From Actinomycetes bacterium (GTDB lineage: Bacteria > Actinomycetota > Acidimicrobiia > Acidimicrobiales > JAJZJN01): a stretch of 51,679 nucleotides of DNA. This document shows, in pieces, positions 37,611-46,976 of this stretch. The stretch covers positions 1-51,679 of the forward strand of contig JAJZJN010000002.1 in assembly GCA_021851165.1 (NCBI GenBank), read 5' to 3'. The position numbers and the translations under genes were made by a program. The first letter of the stretch is position 1. Each line of letters begins with the position of its first letter. Under the pieces are notes generated by a model. That model searched no databases and was not told the origin of the DNA. It saw nothing but the letters and a program-made list of their open reading frames with translations.

Positions 37611-38879
37611 TCATCGGATCCGTGCTCCATCGTCGCTGGAACCCTGGTCACTGGAACCCTGGTCACTGGAACCCTGGTCGCTGGAACCCTGGTCTCTGGA
37701 ACCCTGGTCTCTGGAACCCTGGTAGCTGGAACCCTGGTAGCTGGAACCCTGGTCACTGGGCACCGGGGCTATGCTCACTCCGAGCAGTCCGGCTGCCTCG
37801 GACACACCGCCCGACGGGGCGGCCTCGTCGAGCGCCCGCAGTGCACCAGGGGTATCGAGGTCGTCGTCCAGGCGCGCTCGCACGGCATCCAAGCCCGCCC
37901 CGCCAATGCCGGCCGCGCGCCAGCGCGCCAGGCGATCCGCCGCCTCTACCAGATCGCCAGGCGTCCACTCCCAGTCGTCACGGTAGTGGTGCTCCAGGAT
38001 GGCCAGACGGATCACCTCGGGCTCCCAGCTACGAAGGAGATCGCTTACGAATACGAGGTTCCCGATCGACTTGGACATCTTCTGTCCACCCAGACCGACC
38101 ATCCCGACGTGCATCCAGTGCCGGACGAAGGGAACCCCGGTGACAGCCTGGGACTGCGCAGCCTCACACTCGTGATGGGGGAATACCAGATCCCGCCCGC
38201 CTCCATGAAGATCGAGCGTGGTACCGAGCTCCCGCACGGCCAGTGCCGAGCACTCGATGTGCCAGCCAGGCCTACCAGGTCCGAAGCGAGACTCCCAGGC
38301 AGGCTCGTCTGGAAGCGACGGTTGCCAGAGCACGAAATCCAGTGGGTCGCGCTTGGCTGGATCGTCGGGATTTCCGCCGCGTTCTGCAGCCAGGAGAAGC
38401 ATCTCCGCCCGATCCAGGTGGCTCACCTGCCCGAAGCTCGGGCAGCTCGAGACGTCGAAGTAGACCGCGCCATCGGACTGATAGGCATGACCGGAGTCGA
38501 GCACCTCGCCAACGAGCGACAGGATGTCCGGAATGGCAGAGGTCGCCCTTGGCTCGGCATAGGCTGGAAGCAACCCGAGCGCCTTCATGTCGGCATCGAA
38601 GCGCGCCACCTCTTCGGCGGCGAGGTCCAGGTAATGGACTCCGAGCTCCCGGGCTTTACGAAGGATGTCATCGTCGACATCGGTGATGTTCCGCACGCAT
38701 CGGGTCTCGTGTCCCATGTCCCTAAGCCGCCGCTGGAGAACGTCGAAGGTCAGATACACCGCTGCATGCCCGAGATGGGCAGCGTCGTAGGGTGTAATCC
38801 CGCACGTGTACATCGTGACGACCGGGCCAGGAGTGAACGGCACTACAGCGCGCCGCGCCGTGTCGTACAGACGGATCAC
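37611..38879 (-). CDS. mshC: Cys:GlcN-Ins ligase MshC (mycothiol synthesis; CysRS paralogue)
   Basis: CGITPYDAAHLGHA, ERGGNPDD, GRPGWHIECS, KMSKSIGNLVFVS, DDLDTP; no anticodon-binding domain. Confidence 0.85.
   Translation of the reverse strand: MIRLYDTARRAVVPFTPGPVVTMYTCGITPYDAAHLGHAAVYLTFDVLQRRLRDMGHETRCVRNITDVDDDILRKARELGVHYLDLAAEEVARFDADMKALGLLPAYAEPRATSAIPDILSLVGEVLDSGHAYQSDGAVYFDVSSCPSFGQVSHLDRAEMLLLAAERGGNPDDPAKRDPLDFVLWQPSLPDEPAWESRFGPGRPGWHIECSALAVRELGTTLDLHGGGRDLVFPHHECEAAQSQAVTGVPFVRHWMHVGMVGLGGQKMSKSIGNLVFVSDLLRSWEPEVIRLAILEHHYRDDWEWTPGDLVEAADRLARWRAAGIGGAGLDAVRARLDDDLDTPGALRALDEAAPSGGVSEAAGLLGVSIAPVPSDQGSSYQGSSYQGSRDQGSRDQGSSDQGSSDQGSSDQGSSDDGARIR
37636..37759. repeat. 15-bp tandem repeat x8 in the mshC 3' end
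   Basis: CTGGAACCCTGGTnn with nn = CA,CA,CG,CT,CT,AG,AG,CA; encodes QGSSD/QGSSY/QGSRD. Confidence 0.97.
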
Positions 38880-39607
38880 CGGCTTCCGGCCCCATCTGCC
38901 GGCCCCGAGCCCCGTCCTGTGCCCTTGGCCTCGCTGGGCTGGGTGTCGATGCCTCCCAACCGCAGGGTGGCATGGGCCTTATAACGAATGTTGAGCGAAA
39001 CCAGGACAGCCGTGAAGGCCTCTATCGGTGCTGCGGACGCTAGGCGACCGGCATCGAGCGGCCGGAGACCTTCAATGTGGCCGAGGAGCTCCGACGCCGC
39101 GGTGACAGCGGCTGGATGATCAGAGCACACCAGCACGTCGGCATCCAACGTGAGGCTCAGATCCGCAAGATCCCCTGCTGGGAGGTGCTGGCAGGCCGCC
39201 GCCACCATGGACGATGGCAGGCTGGCCTGCACGGCGGCCGCTATAGAGCCACGTGACGGGAACAATGCCTGCATCTCGCGTCCCTGCCTCACCAACGCGT
39301 TGGCCACCGATATGACAACCTTGCCCGACAGAATGCCAGCCAGTGGCGCTACGGTCGCGACCGCTGCGTCCCAGGGCGTAGCCACGATTACCAGGTCACA
39401 TGCTGCAGCGCCCTCATTGGCGGCCCCCTCCGGGAGCCGCTTCGCTGCCGAGATGGCCGTTCGGATCGCCTCGCCGAGCTCGCCTGCCACCTCCGCCGCC
39501 CGGCTCGCCTCACGCGAACCCAGTACTACCTCAACCCCTGCTGCCCCAAGGCGCATGGCCAAGCCCCGCCCGAGTGGTCCTGTACCTCCAATGATTCCAA
39601 CGCGCAT
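38876..39607 (-). CDS. npdG: NADPH-dependent F420 reductase
   Basis: IIGGTGPLGRGLA.R, LGSR, VATPW, VLVCSD, LDAG.L, IEAFTAVL..LN.RYK. Confidence 0.9.
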   Translation of the reverse strand: MRVGIIGGTGPLGRGLAMRLGAAGVEVVLGSREASRAAEVAGELGEAIRTAISAAKRLPEGAANEGAAACDLVIVATPWDAAVATVAPLAGILSGKVVISVANALVRQGREMQALFPSRGSIAAAVQASLPSSMVAAACQHLPAGDLADLSLTLDADVLVCSDHPAAVTAASELLGHIEGLRPLDAGRLASAAPIEAFTAVLVSLNIRYKAHATLRLGGIDTQPSEAKGTGRGSGPADGAGSR

Positions 39608-39663
39608 CCCTCTACCCTTTCACATCGACAACCTCGCGTCGGTAACTCTTAGTCGCCCGGTTC

Positions 39664-39746
39664 GCCCTGCCCAAGCCGGCCCTGCCCAAGCCGGCCCTGC
39701 CCAAGCCGGCCCTGCCCAAGCCGGCCCTGCCCAAGCCGGCCCTGCC
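39664..39746. repeat. 15-bp perfect tandem repeat x5.5, intergenic
   Basis: GCCCTGCCCAAGCCG five times plus 8 nt, between the chelatase stop and the npdG start. Confidence 0.97.
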
Positions 39747-39796
39747 GCCCAGCGACCCGACTACGACGCCTAGGCCATGTGCACGGCAAGTCAATG

Positions 39797-41782
39797 TCAA
39801 GCCTGTGATACGAGCGCGGAGCGCACTACCTCGGCCAGCCGGTCCGGACGCATGTAGCCGACCGGAACGTAGCGCGCGCCCATCACCTGGGCCAGTGATG
39901 CGGCAAGCCCAAGGGTCACCGGCCCGTCCTCGGCATCCACCACGAGAGAGGCGACACCGGCGCGCTTCACCGCCGCCGCCACATCGAGCGACGCCTGAAC
40001 TGGATCCGTCCCTGGTGGAGCGAACGTGGCCCGCCCGTCCGAAACCACCACCAACAGCGGCCTATACGCACCCTCCTTGGTCGAACGGGCCACATCCAGG
40101 GCAGTCCTCAGGCCATCGGCGAGTGGGGTCCTCCCGCCGCTCGCAAGCGCAGCGAGGCGCTCCCTTGCCACCTCGATGCTCCCTGTCGGTCTGAGCACGA
40201 CCTCGGCACCATCGCCCTTGAAAGCCACCAGGGCTACCCTGTCCCGACGTTGGTACGCATCAAGCAGCAGTGACAAGATCACGCCCTTGGCTGTGCTCAT
40301 GCGCCTCTCAACGCCCATGGAGCCCGAGGCGTCGAGCGCAAGCACCACCAGGTTCGCAACCTTCTCCTCGTGGACCGCCTCGCGCAGGTCTTCCTCGATG
40401 ACTGGCGCTCCAATCCGACGACCTCGCGCTGCGGCCGCCTCGAACGTGGCGCTCAACGCGATGCTTCCCGGATTGCCTTCCGGCACTCTCGAGCCGATCA
40501 GCCTCCCGCGCGTGCCGATAGAGGTGCTCCTACGCCCCGGAGCGCTGGTGGCATCCGAGGGGTTTCGCACGGAATACCCGATCATGGGTGGCGGGCCTGC
40601 ACGGCCCACGGGTGCCGGGGGCACGGACTGGCCCCCGCCAGGCTCTCGTGTACCTCGAGGCAGGTCGCTCTGGCCTGCTCCCGAGCCAGGCTGGCCTGCT
40701 CCCGAGCCGGGCCGGCCTGCCTCCGAGCGCGAGCGGTGGCTACTGCACTCAGGTGCCTCGTCACCGCGGATCGTGTCGACATCGAGCGCGTCGCGATTCG
40801 ACGCCCCGTCGTAGCCGTGGGACCTGGTCTCGTCCTCCCGAGGTCGGCCCAATGCCTGGTCCATTGCCTCGATGAGCGCCTCGCGATCCACTCCGTGGTT
40901 CTCGAATGGCGACCTGCGAGCCCTGTGAGCAAGCGCCATAGGAGCAACTCGCCTGACGTCCTCGGGGTCCACCACCTCGCGTCCCTCCCAACCGGCAAGT
41001 GCTGCGGCAGCGCGGCAGCACACCAGATCGGCGCGCAGGCCTTCGGCTCCCATCCGGGAGCAGAGCTCGCTCACCGCCTCGACAATCCCGGATTCCAGAT
41101 GGGCAGGGCTGCTGCTCTCCAGCCTGTGGCGAAGCTCCTGCTCCGCATCGTGCCAGCGTGCCGTGAACACTTCGGGGTTCGCGTCGAACTCCAGGCGCCG
41201 CCGTACCGCCTCTGCCCTGAGCGCAGGGTCGTCTGGCGACACGACGTCGACGGACAGGCCGAATCGATCGAGCAGTTGAGGCCGGAGGTCTCCCTCCTCG
41301 GGGTTCATCGAACCAAGTAGGACAAACCGGCTGGGATGGGTATGCGATATCCCCTCCCGCTCGATCCGGTTGACGCCGCTCACTGCCACGTCGAGTAGGA
41401 CGTCCACCAGGTGATCGGGAAGGAGGTTGACCTCGTCGACATAGAGCACTCCCCCGTCGGCCGCAGCGAGGAGCCCGGGCACGAATCGCCTGACGCCATC
41501 GGACAGCACCGCGCGAAGATCGACCGTTCCGACGAGACGATCCTCCGAGGCGCCTACAGGAAGCTCGACGAACGGCGCACTGTCACCCAGCAGGTGGGCG
41601 AGACCCCGTGCGAGCGTGGTCTTGCCACTGCCTTTCTGGCCACGAAGAAGGACGCCGCCGATAGCAGGGTCCAGCGCGTTGAGCAACAGCGCCAGCTGCA
41701 GCTCGGTCTGTCCCACCACAGCGCTGAAGGGGAACAGCGCTCCAGCAGGCAGCGGCTCCTCGGGGTGCTTTCCCCGGTTCAT
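39797..41782 (-). CDS. ChlI/ChlD-type AAA+ / VWA chelatase subunit (CobN partner)
   Basis: FPFSAVVGQ, GQKGSGKTT, LYVDEVNLL, MNPEEGDLRPQLLDRFG, MIDAS DASGSM, GGRTPL, VSDGR; ATGA overlap with cobN. Confidence 0.92.
   Translation of the reverse strand: MNRGKHPEEPLPAGALFPFSAVVGQTELQLALLLNALDPAIGGVLLRGQKGSGKTTLARGLAHLLGDSAPFVELPVGASEDRLVGTVDLRAVLSDGVRRFVPGLLAAADGGVLYVDEVNLLPDHLVDVLLDVAVSGVNRIEREGISHTHPSRFVLLGSMNPEEGDLRPQLLDRFGLSVDVVSPDDPALRAEAVRRRLEFDANPEVFTARWHDAEQELRHRLESSSPAHLESGIVEAVSELCSRMGAEGLRADLVCCRAAAALAGWEGREVVDPEDVRRVAPMALAHRARRSPFENHGVDREALIEAMDQALGRPREDETRSHGYDGASNRDALDVDTIRGDEAPECSSHRSRSEAGRPGSGAGQPGSGAGQSDLPRGTREPGGGQSVPPAPVGRAGPPPMIGYSVRNPSDATSAPGRRSTSIGTRGRLIGSRVPEGNPGSIALSATFEAAAARGRRIGAPVIEEDLREAVHEEKVANLVVLALDASGSMGVERRMSTAKGVILSLLLDAYQRRDRVALVAFKGDGAEVVLRPTGSIEVARERLAALASGGRTPLADGLRTALDVARSTKEGAYRPLLVVVSDGRATFAPPGTDPVQASLDVAAAVKRAGVASLVVDAEDGPVTLGLAASLAQVMGARYVPVGYMRPDRLAEVVRSALVSQA
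40670..40728. repeat. 21-bp degenerate tandem repeat in the chelatase linker
   Basis: CTGGCCTGCTCCCGAGCC(A/G)GG twice plus a degenerate third copy; encodes AG(R/Q)PGSG units. Confidence 0.8.
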
Positions 41783-44700
41783 CGGTCCTCCTCCCATCCC
41801 TCCGCCTCGAGCAACGCAGAGCGGAGCACCTCCAGTGCCTCCGTAGTCGCATCCCACAGTCCCCTCTCCGATGCCTCGATGAGACGCTCGGCAATCGACC
41901 GAAGCGCCCAGGGATTGGACTCCTCGAAGAACTTCCTTACCTCGGGATCGGCGACATAGGCGTCGGTCACGCGCTCGTACATCCAGTCCTCCACTACACG
42001 GGCTGTGACGTCATATCCGAAGAGGTAGTCGACGGTGGCCGCCATCTCGAAGGCTCCCTTGTAACCATGACGCTGCATGGCCTGTATCCATTTCGGGTTC
42101 ACCACGCGGCTGCGAACCACGCGAGCGGCTTCTTCGGCGAGGGAGCGAACCCGCGGACGCGATGGATCCGCGCTGTCGCCGAAGAAGGCGTGGGGCTGCG
42201 CACCCGTTAGGGCCCTGATCGTCGCGACCATCCCGCCGTGATCCTGAAGGTAGTCGTCGGAGTCGAAGATGTCGTGCTCGCGGTTGTCCTGGTTCTTCAC
42301 GGCGACCTCGACTCCAGCCAGCCGACGGCGCAGGGCATCCAGCGCCGGCGCACCCATGGCCCGGCGGCTGTACGACCAGCCACCCCAGACAAGGTAGACC
42401 TGGGCCAGGTCGTCATCGGACCGCCAGTTGCGAGACTCTATGACTTCGAGAATCCCCGATCCGTACGAACCCGGCTTGGGACCGAAGATGCGTGGATCCC
42501 CGGTTCCACTGGCAGCCAACGGGTTCTCGGTCGGAGGCTCATCCAGCGCGGCCACCATATCTATGGCATCGTCGAGTATGCCGAGGACGTGAGGGAACGC
42601 GTCGCGGAAGAACCCCGAGACACGGATCGTCACGTCGATCCGCGGCCTACCAAGCTCGGCGAGCGGCACTACCTCCAGGCCCTCTACCCTGCCCGACTCC
42701 GCTGCCCACACCGGCCTCACTCCGAGCAGTGCCAGAGCCTCCGCCACGTCGTCTCCTGAAGTCCGCATGGCGGAGGTTCCCCAGATTACAAGGCCCACCG
42801 AGACCGGATATCGTCCTTCTTCGGTGACGTAGCGCTCGACCACTGCGTCTGCGAGACGGCTGCCGACATCCCAGGCAAGGCGTGATGGTATCGCCTTCGG
42901 GTCGACGGAATAGAAGTTGCGACCAGTGGGCAGCACGTGTGCCTGGCCGCGCGAGGGCGAGCCGCTCGGACCTGGCTGGACGAACCTGCCCTGGAGAGCA
43001 TCGAGGACCGCCGCCATCTCGCCCGACGTTCCCTCCAACGAAGGAATCAGCCGATCGCACACCCATTGCAGCACCTGCTGGACTCCGGGCACCCCACATA
43101 GCATCTGTGGACGCGCCTTGTCCCATCGCCACCCTGCCTCCTGACAGATGGCCAGGAGGCGCCGGCACTCGGCCTCCACAGCGTCGATCTCCAACCTGCG
43201 GCCTGCTGCAAGGTCGATCCCCAGATAGTCGGCGACCACGTCGCGTAGCGACGGGATCTTGCCCTGGGGCAGCCGTGTGAGGGCGAGGACCAGATCGAGC
43301 TGGGCTTCTCCTACCGGTGGGCTCCCGAGCACGTGGAGCCCACCTCGTATCTGGGCGTCCTTGAGCTCGCAGAGGTAACCGTCGACCTCGACGATCAGAT
43401 CGTCGAAGGACGGGTCGTCAAACGACACGTCGCGCCCGGCGAGGCCCATGTCCCGGTGGATCTCCGCCGCAACCAGGCAGTCCCACACCTGCCGGCGCAC
43501 GGCAGGCAGCTTTGCCGGATCCAAGGACAGGATCCTCGCATGCTCGTCTAGGAGCGTCTCGAGGCGTGCAAGATCGTCGTACGCCTCCGCGCGGGTGAGA
43601 GGTGGGATCAAGTGGTCGACGATCACCGCGTGCGTGCGGCGTTTGGCCTGGGTTCCCTCCCCTGGATCATTCACTACGAACGGATAGACAAATGGCACAG
43701 AGCCAAGAGCCGCGTCCGGAGCACACGATGCCGAAAGCCCGACGGCCTTGCCCGGGAGCCACTCCAGTGTGCCGTGCTTTCCCATGTGCAAGATCGCATC
43801 TGCGCCCCACGTCTCGTCGAGCCAACGGTAGAAGGCGAGGTAGTGATGGGTCGGAGGAAGATCAGGCGAGTGATAGACCGCTATCGGATCGGCTCCGAAT
43901 CCTCTCGGTGGCTGTATGGCGACCAGGACACCCCCGAAGTCGATCCCTGCGAACAGCAAGTCCGGCTCGCGGCCGCCCTCCAGGGCATCTCCCACATAGA
44001 CGCTTCCGGGTGGATCGCCCCAGGTGCTCACCATCGGATCGCGAAGTTCCGGAGGCATGGTGGCGAACCAGCCCGAGTAGCGCGATGCTGCCATCCTTCC
44101 CACGGCACGCTGCTGCTGGGAGGTCGCCATCATCCCCTCGTCGTAAGTGAGCGTCGACGCCAATTCCTCCATCAGCTCGTCACCGGTCGTCGGGATACGA
44201 TCCACCCTGTACCCCGAGGCGCGCATAGCGTGGAGCAGACCGATCACCGACGCGGGAGTGTCCAGGCCAACGGCATTTCCCAGGCGGCTGCGCTTGGTGG
44301 GATATGCCGACAATACGACGGCGACCCGCACATGCTCAGGAGCGGTCCGGCGTAGCCTCGCAGTACGCACCGCCAGCCCAGCTACTCGATCGAGGCGGTC
44401 GGGGATGCTTCGGTACGCCACCACCGGAGTGCCGAGATCGTCTCCATCGTCGACCATTTCCTTGAACGACCACGGAACGCTGACGATGCGCCCGTCGAAC
44501 TCCGGGATCGCAACGCCCATCGCGACGTCGACCGGGGCTAGGCCGGCCGAGGCGGAGTGCCACGACTCGTATGACGAGGTGGAGCACACAGCCTGGATCA
44601 CAGGTACTCCGAGAGCCGCCAATGCTCCGGCATCCCATGACTCGGAATCCTCATCCAGCTTCCCCGCAGCGAGGGTGGAGGTCACCACCACATCGACGCC

Positions 44701-45363
44701 TTGCTCGGCGAGAGTCTCAACCGCCCGGACCGCTCCAGATGTGGAATCTGTACCCGTGCTCTCCGCCCGTAACGAGTAGCAGAACACCGGGACTGCATTA
44801 GCCCCGTGGTGCTCTATGTGATCGCACAGCTCCTCTACGAACTGGGTGTTGCCGGCCAGGAGGTGGGCCCGGTAGAACACGACTCCCACCGTGGGCAGCT
44901 CCGGGTCCCGCTTTCTAGAGCCGAGCACACCACAGGCCGGAATCACAGCGGGAGGATCGAAACCGAATCCCTCCATCAGCACGGTGTCGGCGACGAACCG
45001 CAGCAGGTTCTCGATATTGCCTATTCCGCCTTGGACCAGATACTCGAAGCACTGGGTCGCTATGGCGCCAGGCACGGTCGAGGCGGCCATCATCTCGGCG
45101 TCGGGAAGCGACTCGCCCCCGAAGGCGAGAAGGGGCACTCCCTCACGCGCACACATGCCCGCCAGCTCGTCGAAATGCCCCTCCCACGCCTGGCGACCAC
45201 CCAGGAGGCGCACTATCACCGCGCGGACTTCCTCGAGCGAGCGAACCGTCCCTGTGTCGGACGGGCTCAAAGCACGGATCCGCGGGAAGCCCTCCGGAAG
45301 GCCTTCCGATACCACACGCAGAGCGAGTATCTCGGTGTCGGCGTTCGAGATGAAAAGGATCAT
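41779..45363 (-). CDS. cobN: Cobaltochelatase subunit CobN
   Basis: 1194 aa; IPEFDGR, GNAVGLDTPAS, QPPRG, HMGKHGTLEWLPGK, LPTGRNFY, SGFFRDAFP, DNREHD, HGYKGAFE. Confidence 0.97.
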   Translation of the reverse strand: MILFISNADTEILALRVVSEGLPEGFPRIRALSPSDTGTVRSLEEVRAVIVRLLGGRQAWEGHFDELAGMCAREGVPLLAFGGESLPDAEMMAASTVPGAIATQCFEYLVQGGIGNIENLLRFVADTVLMEGFGFDPPAVIPACGVLGSRKRDPELPTVGVVFYRAHLLAGNTQFVEELCDHIEHHGANAVPVFCYSLRAESTGTDSTSGAVRAVETLAEQGVDVVVTSTLAAGKLDEDSESWDAGALAALGVPVIQAVCSTSSYESWHSASAGLAPVDVAMGVAIPEFDGRIVSVPWSFKEMVDDGDDLGTPVVAYRSIPDRLDRVAGLAVRTARLRRTAPEHVRVAVVLSAYPTKRSRLGNAVGLDTPASVIGLLHAMRASGYRVDRIPTTGDELMEELASTLTYDEGMMATSQQQRAVGRMAASRYSGWFATMPPELRDPMVSTWGDPPGSVYVGDALEGGREPDLLFAGIDFGGVLVAIQPPRGFGADPIAVYHSPDLPPTHHYLAFYRWLDETWGADAILHMGKHGTLEWLPGKAVGLSASCAPDAALGSVPFVYPFVVNDPGEGTQAKRRTHAVIVDHLIPPLTRAEAYDDLARLETLLDEHARILSLDPAKLPAVRRQVWDCLVAAEIHRDMGLAGRDVSFDDPSFDDLIVEVDGYLCELKDAQIRGGLHVLGSPPVGEAQLDLVLALTRLPQGKIPSLRDVVADYLGIDLAAGRRLEIDAVEAECRRLLAICQEAGWRWDKARPQMLCGVPGVQQVLQWVCDRLIPSLEGTSGEMAAVLDALQGRFVQPGPSGSPSRGQAHVLPTGRNFYSVDPKAIPSRLAWDVGSRLADAVVERYVTEEGRYPVSVGLVIWGTSAMRTSGDDVAEALALLGVRPVWAAESGRVEGLEVVPLAELGRPRIDVTIRVSGFFRDAFPHVLGILDDAIDMVAALDEPPTENPLAASGTGDPRIFGPKPGSYGSGILEVIESRNWRSDDDLAQVYLVWGGWSYSRRAMGAPALDALRRRLAGVEVAVKNQDNREHDIFDSDDYLQDHGGMVATIRALTGAQPHAFFGDSADPSRPRVRSLAEEAARVVRSRVVNPKWIQAMQRHGYKGAFEMAATVDYLFGYDVTARVVEDWMYERVTDAYVADPEVRKFFEESNPWALRSIAERLIEASERGLWDATTEALEVLRSALLEAEGWEEDR

Positions 45364-46976
45364 TGTCCGACTGCTCCTGTGTAGTGCCGAGCGTTTGTCT
45401 CGCCGCCCTCCGATATGAGCTCGCCGAGAGCTCGGGTATCGAGGTGATCGCCGACCAGATCTGCTAACGCGTCCAGCCTTCCCACGCGTGCAGCTGCGAA
45501 GGAGGCGTCGCCTGGCGTTGCGGTCAGATCGCGACCACGGTGCCGAGCCACGAGTCGGAGCAGGGCGCGCCGGATCCCATCGGACTCGAGCAGGCCATGA
45601 AGGCTGGTACCGAATACAGCCCCGGCAAGGTCCGCTGCGCCTTCCATCTCACTGCAGCCTCCTGACGTGGTGGTGGAGCGCAGCTCCAGCCATGCCTCAC
45701 CCGGGGCGCCCCCGATCAGGCGCGTGCGACCATGATGGATCTCGTAACCCTCCACCTCCTCCCCTGCCAACGGTCCCGCAGCAGGTCCTACCGCGGCACC
45801 GATCCGCCGGCAAACGGTCTTTTCAACATCGAACACCGTTTCGACACCCAGCCAACCGAGGCCTGCTACCTCGCCGCGCGTCGATTCGACCATGTCGACG
45901 ATCCGCGTCCCGAGCATCTGGTATCCCCCGCAGATACCGAGCACCACTGCTCCACCCGGTCTACGCGAACGCTCTGCGATGGCGGCTGCGAGCCCTGTCC
46001 GGCGTAGCCAGTCGAGATCCTCGATAGTGGTCTTCGTGCCCGGCAGGACGACCAGGTCGGGATCGCCCAGAGCACCGGGGGACTCGACCATCCGAACCGA
46101 TGCGGCCGGCTCGATGCCGAGCGCGTCGAGATCGGTGAAATTGGAGAGTCGGGGGAACCGGACAACCGCCACATCCACGCCTGCACAGCGCGAGGCCGAC
46201 CTGTCCGGAGCCAGGTCCTGGCCTCCCTGCAGAGCCAGGGAGTCTTCGGCATCCAGGCCAAGGCCTCCCACCCACGGCACGACCCCTATCGTTGGCACGC
46301 CGCTACGCCGTTCGAGCTCTTCAAGACCGGGGGCGAGGATCTCGGGATCGCCACGAAATTTGTTGATGACGAACGCCCGGACCATCTCTCGCAGGTGATC
46401 CGGGAGCAGGGCCACCGTCCCGTACAACGATGCCAGAACGCCCCCGCGGTCGATGTCGCCCACCACGAGCGCCGGAAGGCCGGCAGCATGGGCGATGCCG
46501 AGGTTGACAAGATCGCCATCCAGAAGATTGATCTCTGCCGGGCTGCCCGCGCCTTCGCAGATGACCACATCGAAGCGCGCCCTCAGATCACCAAGAGCCC
46601 TCAGCACCACTGGTGCCAGTTCGCGCCGCGCGTCACGGTACTCGACCGCATCTAGATGAGCCCAAGGCTTGCCCATGACAATGACCTGACTTGTCCGATC
46701 GCCTGTGGGTTTGAGGAGGATAGGGTTCATGGCAGCTTCAGGCTCGGCCCCTGCAGCAAGAGCCTGGACACCCTGCGCACGTCCGATCTCGGCCCCATCT
46801 CGTGTCACCCAGGAGTTGAGGGACATGTTCTGGCCCTTGAAGGGTGCAACACTCACGCCGTGCCGTGACAGCAGGCGGCAGATGCCGGTCACCAGTGCGC
46901 TCTTGCCCACTTCGCTACCAGTGCCGCACACCATGAGCCCACCGACGAGTCCATCGGGAAGGAGCGCCTCATCCAT
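45360..46976 (-). CDS. cobQ: Cobyric acid synthase
   Basis: GTGSEVGKS, PFKGQNMS, MNPILLKP, EGAGSPAEINL, DIDRGG, NKFRGD, GICGGYQMLG, GYEIH. Confidence 0.96.
   Translation of the reverse strand: MDEALLPDGLVGGLMVCGTGSEVGKSALVTGICRLLSRHGVSVAPFKGQNMSLNSWVTRDGAEIGRAQGVQALAAGAEPEAAMNPILLKPTGDRTSQVIVMGKPWAHLDAVEYRDARRELAPVVLRALGDLRARFDVVICEGAGSPAEINLLDGDLVNLGIAHAAGLPALVVGDIDRGGVLASLYGTVALLPDHLREMVRAFVINKFRGDPEILAPGLEELERRSGVPTIGVVPWVGGLGLDAEDSLALQGGQDLAPDRSASRCAGVDVAVVRFPRLSNFTDLDALGIEPAASVRMVESPGALGDPDLVVLPGTKTTIEDLDWLRRTGLAAAIAERSRRPGGAVVLGICGGYQMLGTRIVDMVESTRGEVAGLGWLGVETVFDVEKTVCRRIGAAVGPAAGPLAGEEVEGYEIHHGRTRLIGGAPGEAWLELRSTTTSGGCSEMEGAADLAGAVFGTSLHGLLESDGIRRALLRLVARHRGRDLTATPGDASFAAARVGRLDALADLVGDHLDTRALGELISEGGETNARHYTGAVGQ

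Noticed and set aside
37611-38879. Calling this gene cysS
   Set aside because: CGITPYD and ERGG.PD motifs and the missing anticodon-binding domain fit MshC better.
39612-39800. 62-aa ORF with GRAGL repeats
   Set aside because: Open only because the 15-bp repeat has no stop codon; no independent coding evidence, although its start overlaps the chelatase stop.
39797-41782. Magnesium chelatase implying photosynthesis
   Set aside because: Translationally coupled to cobN in a B12 operon; standard cobaltochelatase partner.
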